This document shows, piece after piece, positions 60,240 through 63,875 of a DNA stretch of 63,875 nt. The translations under genes and the position numbers were made by a program. How positions within the stretch are numbered: the first letter of the stretch is position 1; every line of letters begins with the position of its first letter. Where the stretch lies: assembly GCF_036971445.1 (NCBI RefSeq), contig NC_091478.1:19220001-19283875 (forward strand). The letters run 5' to 3'. The notes beneath the pieces are model-generated. The model was not told the origin of the DNA, did no database searches, and saw only the letters and a list, made by a program, of their open reading frames with translations. The stretch comes from Narcine bancroftii. Its lineage: Eukaryota.

Positions 60240-63200
60240 CTAAACAGAAGTTAACCTTACCCTTGCTGAAGGAATTCGAGAATGTTCTCAGGAGGTGCCT
60301 TTTGCCATCTAATCTCGTGACCTTTCTGCAATCGTCCGTCTGCAGGTGGGGGACCCCTTCCTGCCATGGAAGAGCAAGGAGCAGGTGACAGGAGATCAGG
60401 ACTTGCCGGAAGCGGTGGAGATCTCGATGCTCGCGACCCGCAGGCTCCCGCCACGTCGGGCTCGCCCGACCAAGCTGTCCTGGCAGCGGTGCGGTGGTTG
60501 GCGGGCGACCCAGACTGGAGGTCTGGAGCAACAACTGGACACCAGACCCAAAGAGGTCTCCGAGGGCCTGCTCAACCTGCCATGGACTCACAAGTGAGGC
60601 TCTGACTCATAGTGTTGGGGTCCTGGAAGACAAGACTGGACATCAAAAACAAATCCAGCTGATAGACAAGTTGGACTATCTGGACCTGAGGGTGGGGGGG
60701 GGGGGGGGGGGGAGAATAGGAGGGAAGAAGGGAAGGACTAGAGTTCTTTGGATCCCCAAAGTGTTTGGAAGGTATCGATTTAGAGCCCCCTTCGCCATAG
60801 AAAGGGCATTCAGCGCACATCCCGCCCCAGATCAACGCCTGATCCACACCAGGAAGTGCTCAGGACAGCGATGTCCCAATCAAGGGAGACGGGGACCAGT
60901 GGAATTCCCGGGGGGGGGGGGGGGGGGGGACTGATGTTCTTCCCTGACTTGAATCCAGCGCTGCTAAAACAACAAGAATTTGACCAGGTCAAGAAAATAT
61001 TGATAGATTTTTTTTAAAAGTACCTGGTCACCCTAAAAAATCATGCGACAGGGAGGGGAGAGGAAACATTTTAAGGAGCCCATTGGACACGATGTTATGT
61101 GCCCAGGAAGTGTGTCAACCTGCAAGAATACTGGTTGAATTGAACTCCTGAAGGAACCATGGACCTGAGAAGCTTTGGAACAAAGGGTGGTTATTAGTCT
61201 TATAATTATTGATTCATGAAAACAATCAAGTCAATTGAGGCTATTGTTGTACATAGTTGCCAGGGTTTTGATAGTCTTACAATATCCAGGGCAATAGACT
61301 TCTCCTTGACTTTTTAAATAAAAAATGTATATACATGAAAAATAATGAGAGCTCAAGGAAGAAGAGGTTACACAAGGCTGAAGTGCAGACCAGGTGAGAG
61401 AGGATAGCCCACGAGGAGCCTCAAAATAGGAGGGAAGATGGCACAGGGACAGGGGGGGACGAGAGGCACCAAAGCAGGACAGGAATTCTTTGAATGTTTT
61501 GCTTGTTAACTTTGATATATATTTTTAAAAAAGGTTTAGTTTCATTTTATTTAGGTTTGCCTATGGTGGGGGGGGGGGGGGGGATTTGTCCTTTTCATGT
61601 TTAAATTTTTATTCTCCTCTTTGTGGCTGCTGTGGACATCAGCATGGAGAGACTATGAATGATGGAAAGGCGTGAGGAGGGTGCTATTCAAGATGAACAA
61701 ACTGGGGTGCTGTGAAGGTAAAACGATATAGAAACAAAACGAGTGACTAACTCATTTATTAGCATCATTGTAAATGGTTTAAACAGCCCCTTAAAGAGGA
61801 AGAAGGTCCTGGCTCACAAAACAATTGAGAGCAGATATAATATTCTTAGAGGAAATACACTAAATGAAAAGGGAACATTATAAACTTAAAAGGGACTGGG
61901 GTAGGGCAGGTATTCTTTTTCTCCTTCCGCTCTAAGGCTGGGAGCAGCTATTTTAATACACAAAAGGGTCTCAGTGGTAATGGGTGGTGGAGCTACAGAC
62001 CCAGCTGAAAGATTTGTAATGGTAGATGGTCAGCTATATTCAGAACCATGGACACTGCTAAATCTCTATGCATCAAACTTTAATGATGAGCAGTTTAGGC
62101 AAAATGCTTTTCCGAGGGCTGCAGAGGGTAAATAGAACATTAATTGGCAATTAAATTTTTGTCTGGACCCTATTCTAGAAAAGGCAACAAAGATATTGAC
62201 AAGGTCCAAGGCAGCAAAAAACACTCTTGCCTTATGAAAGAATTAAATTTCATAGATGTATGGAGGCAGAGGAATCCACAGGCTAGGGACTACTCCTTTT
62301 ACTTGATGGCCCATGACTCTCATACTAGAATTATTTTCTGACGTCTGCCCAGTTGGAACCAGAGTCGGAATATTTAGACCACTCACCGTTGACCTTGCAG
62401 ATAACAATTCCTAAAAAACCAGGCAAATGCATATAGGTGGCATCTTAATGCTACGCTGTTGAAAACCCCACTTTTGTACTTTATAAGGGGTCAAATTGCT
62501 CTGTTTTGTGAAATAAATTTCCCTTCAACTGATTTTTTTTAAAATGTGAGACACATTAAAGGCCTATCTAAGGGGACAAATAATTTCGTACATCAAAAGT
62601 ATTAAAAAAAACACACGACTGAGGTGGAGACATTGGAACAGGAGATCATAAAATTGGAAAAATATTAAAACCTGGGATCGAATGAGAAATATTGGGAATT
62701 GGAAAATAAGAAACTTAAATACAACACTCTGCAAACAGAGTGGAAAAAATGCTCGCGATCCAAGTAAAAGATATTATGAACCTGGTGGAAAATTTTTTTT
62801 GGCATGGCAACTGAGAGCAGAGGAAAGTTCAAGGATGATTAATGTGGTTCAGTCGGGGCCAGGCTTGGTAACATCCAATCCAAGAGAAATAAATGACTCC
62901 TTTAAAACTTATGAGAAATTGTACAAATCCGAGGTGCCAGGAGATGTAAATAAAATTGAGTTCTTGGTGGGAATTGAGTTGCCAAGATTGGCCCAAGAAG
63001 ACTGGACAGAATTAGATCCCCCATTTTCCAGTAGGGAAATAGAACAGGCCTTGAGAGGGTTACAAACAAGTCTCCGGGAGAGGTCGGCTTCTCCTGAGTT
63101 TTATAAGGAATTCAAAGACCTATTTACACCGTTGTTAATGAGTGTAGTTAAGCAGGCGGCGGAGACGCACTCTCTCCCAGAATCTTTTTCAACAGCTATC

Positions 63201-63875
63201 ATTGTGCTGATACCTAAAAAGAATAAGGACCTGTTGAAGCCATCCTCATACAGACCTATCTCACTATTAAATACAGATTACAAAATAATAGCCAAGGCAC
63301 TGGCCAATAGGCTGGGTTGGTACCTTCCCAAGTTGATAGATCCTGATCAAGTGGGCTTCATCAGGATGAGGCACTCTGCTAACAACTTGAGCAGGCTATT
63401 TAACATTATACATTTGGCACAGGAAAAAGCATGATCCAAGTATAATAGCTTCACTAGATGCAGAAAAGGCCTTTGATTGGCTAGAATGGACTTTTGTGTT
63501 TAAAGTTTTGGACACATTTGGAATGGGACAAACGTCTGTTAATGAAATATGACAATCCATATGCAAAAGTCAGTACGAATGGACAAATATTAACAATCCC
63601 CCTCAGTCAGTCCAGCAGGCAGGGCTGTCCTCTGTCTCCAGCTCTGTTTGACTGAGTGATAAAGGGATTCAAAGTTGGTCACCACGAGCACAAGATGAAT
63701 CTAATGGCAGATGACATGCTGTTGCACCTGACAGACCTGGCCAGGTCTTTGCCAAAGTTGCTTACCACGATATTGGGCTATAAAGCCAAATTAAAAAAAA
63801 AAGCAATTTCATGGCACTGAATAAATTTGACCACGAAGAATATAAAAGAAACAGCGACATGCAGGAGCTGTGAAA
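60240..63875 (+). mobile_element. Degenerate near-full-length L1-clade element (GC-rich 5'/ORF1 region, ORF2 APE-RT), running off the window end
   Basis: ORF1-like DKLDYLD..WIPKVFG..FAIERA. ORF2: [68 protein letters not shown]. Frameshifted. Confidence 0.8.

Noticed and set aside
1-63875. CRISPR arrays, operons or prokaryotic defence/retron systems
   Set aside because: No regularly spaced repeat-spacer array or prokaryotic gene organisation; all reverse transcriptases here belong to eukaryotic retrotransposons.

Overview
This is eukaryotic DNA, not prokaryotic. It is vertebrate, and most likely a cartilaginous fish such as a ray or skate (inferred from HE1/V-SINE-like, CR1, Penelope-like and L1 repeat content). 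One host gene is supported: an intronless alpha-2 adrenergic receptor, best matching ADRA2A (minus strand, first ATG 13628, stop 12399, 409 aa). It lies in a CpG island with a TATA box, GC box, E-box, a 2-codon uORF and a proximal poly(A) signal. The rest is a repeat-dense gene desert. Highlights: (1) a very young 5'-truncated RTE LINE with an unbroken ~1030-codon ORF and perfect 12-bp TSD; (2) a twin-primed, 5'-inverted L1 with a 19-bp TSD nested inside another L1; (3) a chimeric short retroelement (Gypsy fragment + Rex1-like segment + CR1-type tail) present twice; (4) many Penelope-derived hammerhead-ribozyme-like termini, some in palindromic pairs; (5) a solo LTR with a 5-bp TSD; (6) composite hAT MITEs; (7) a near-consensus RE1/NRSE site abutting a CTCF motif ~15 kb upstream of the gene. 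Boundaries of degenerate repeats are approximate, and family names rest on motif recognition by eye; no database searches were run.
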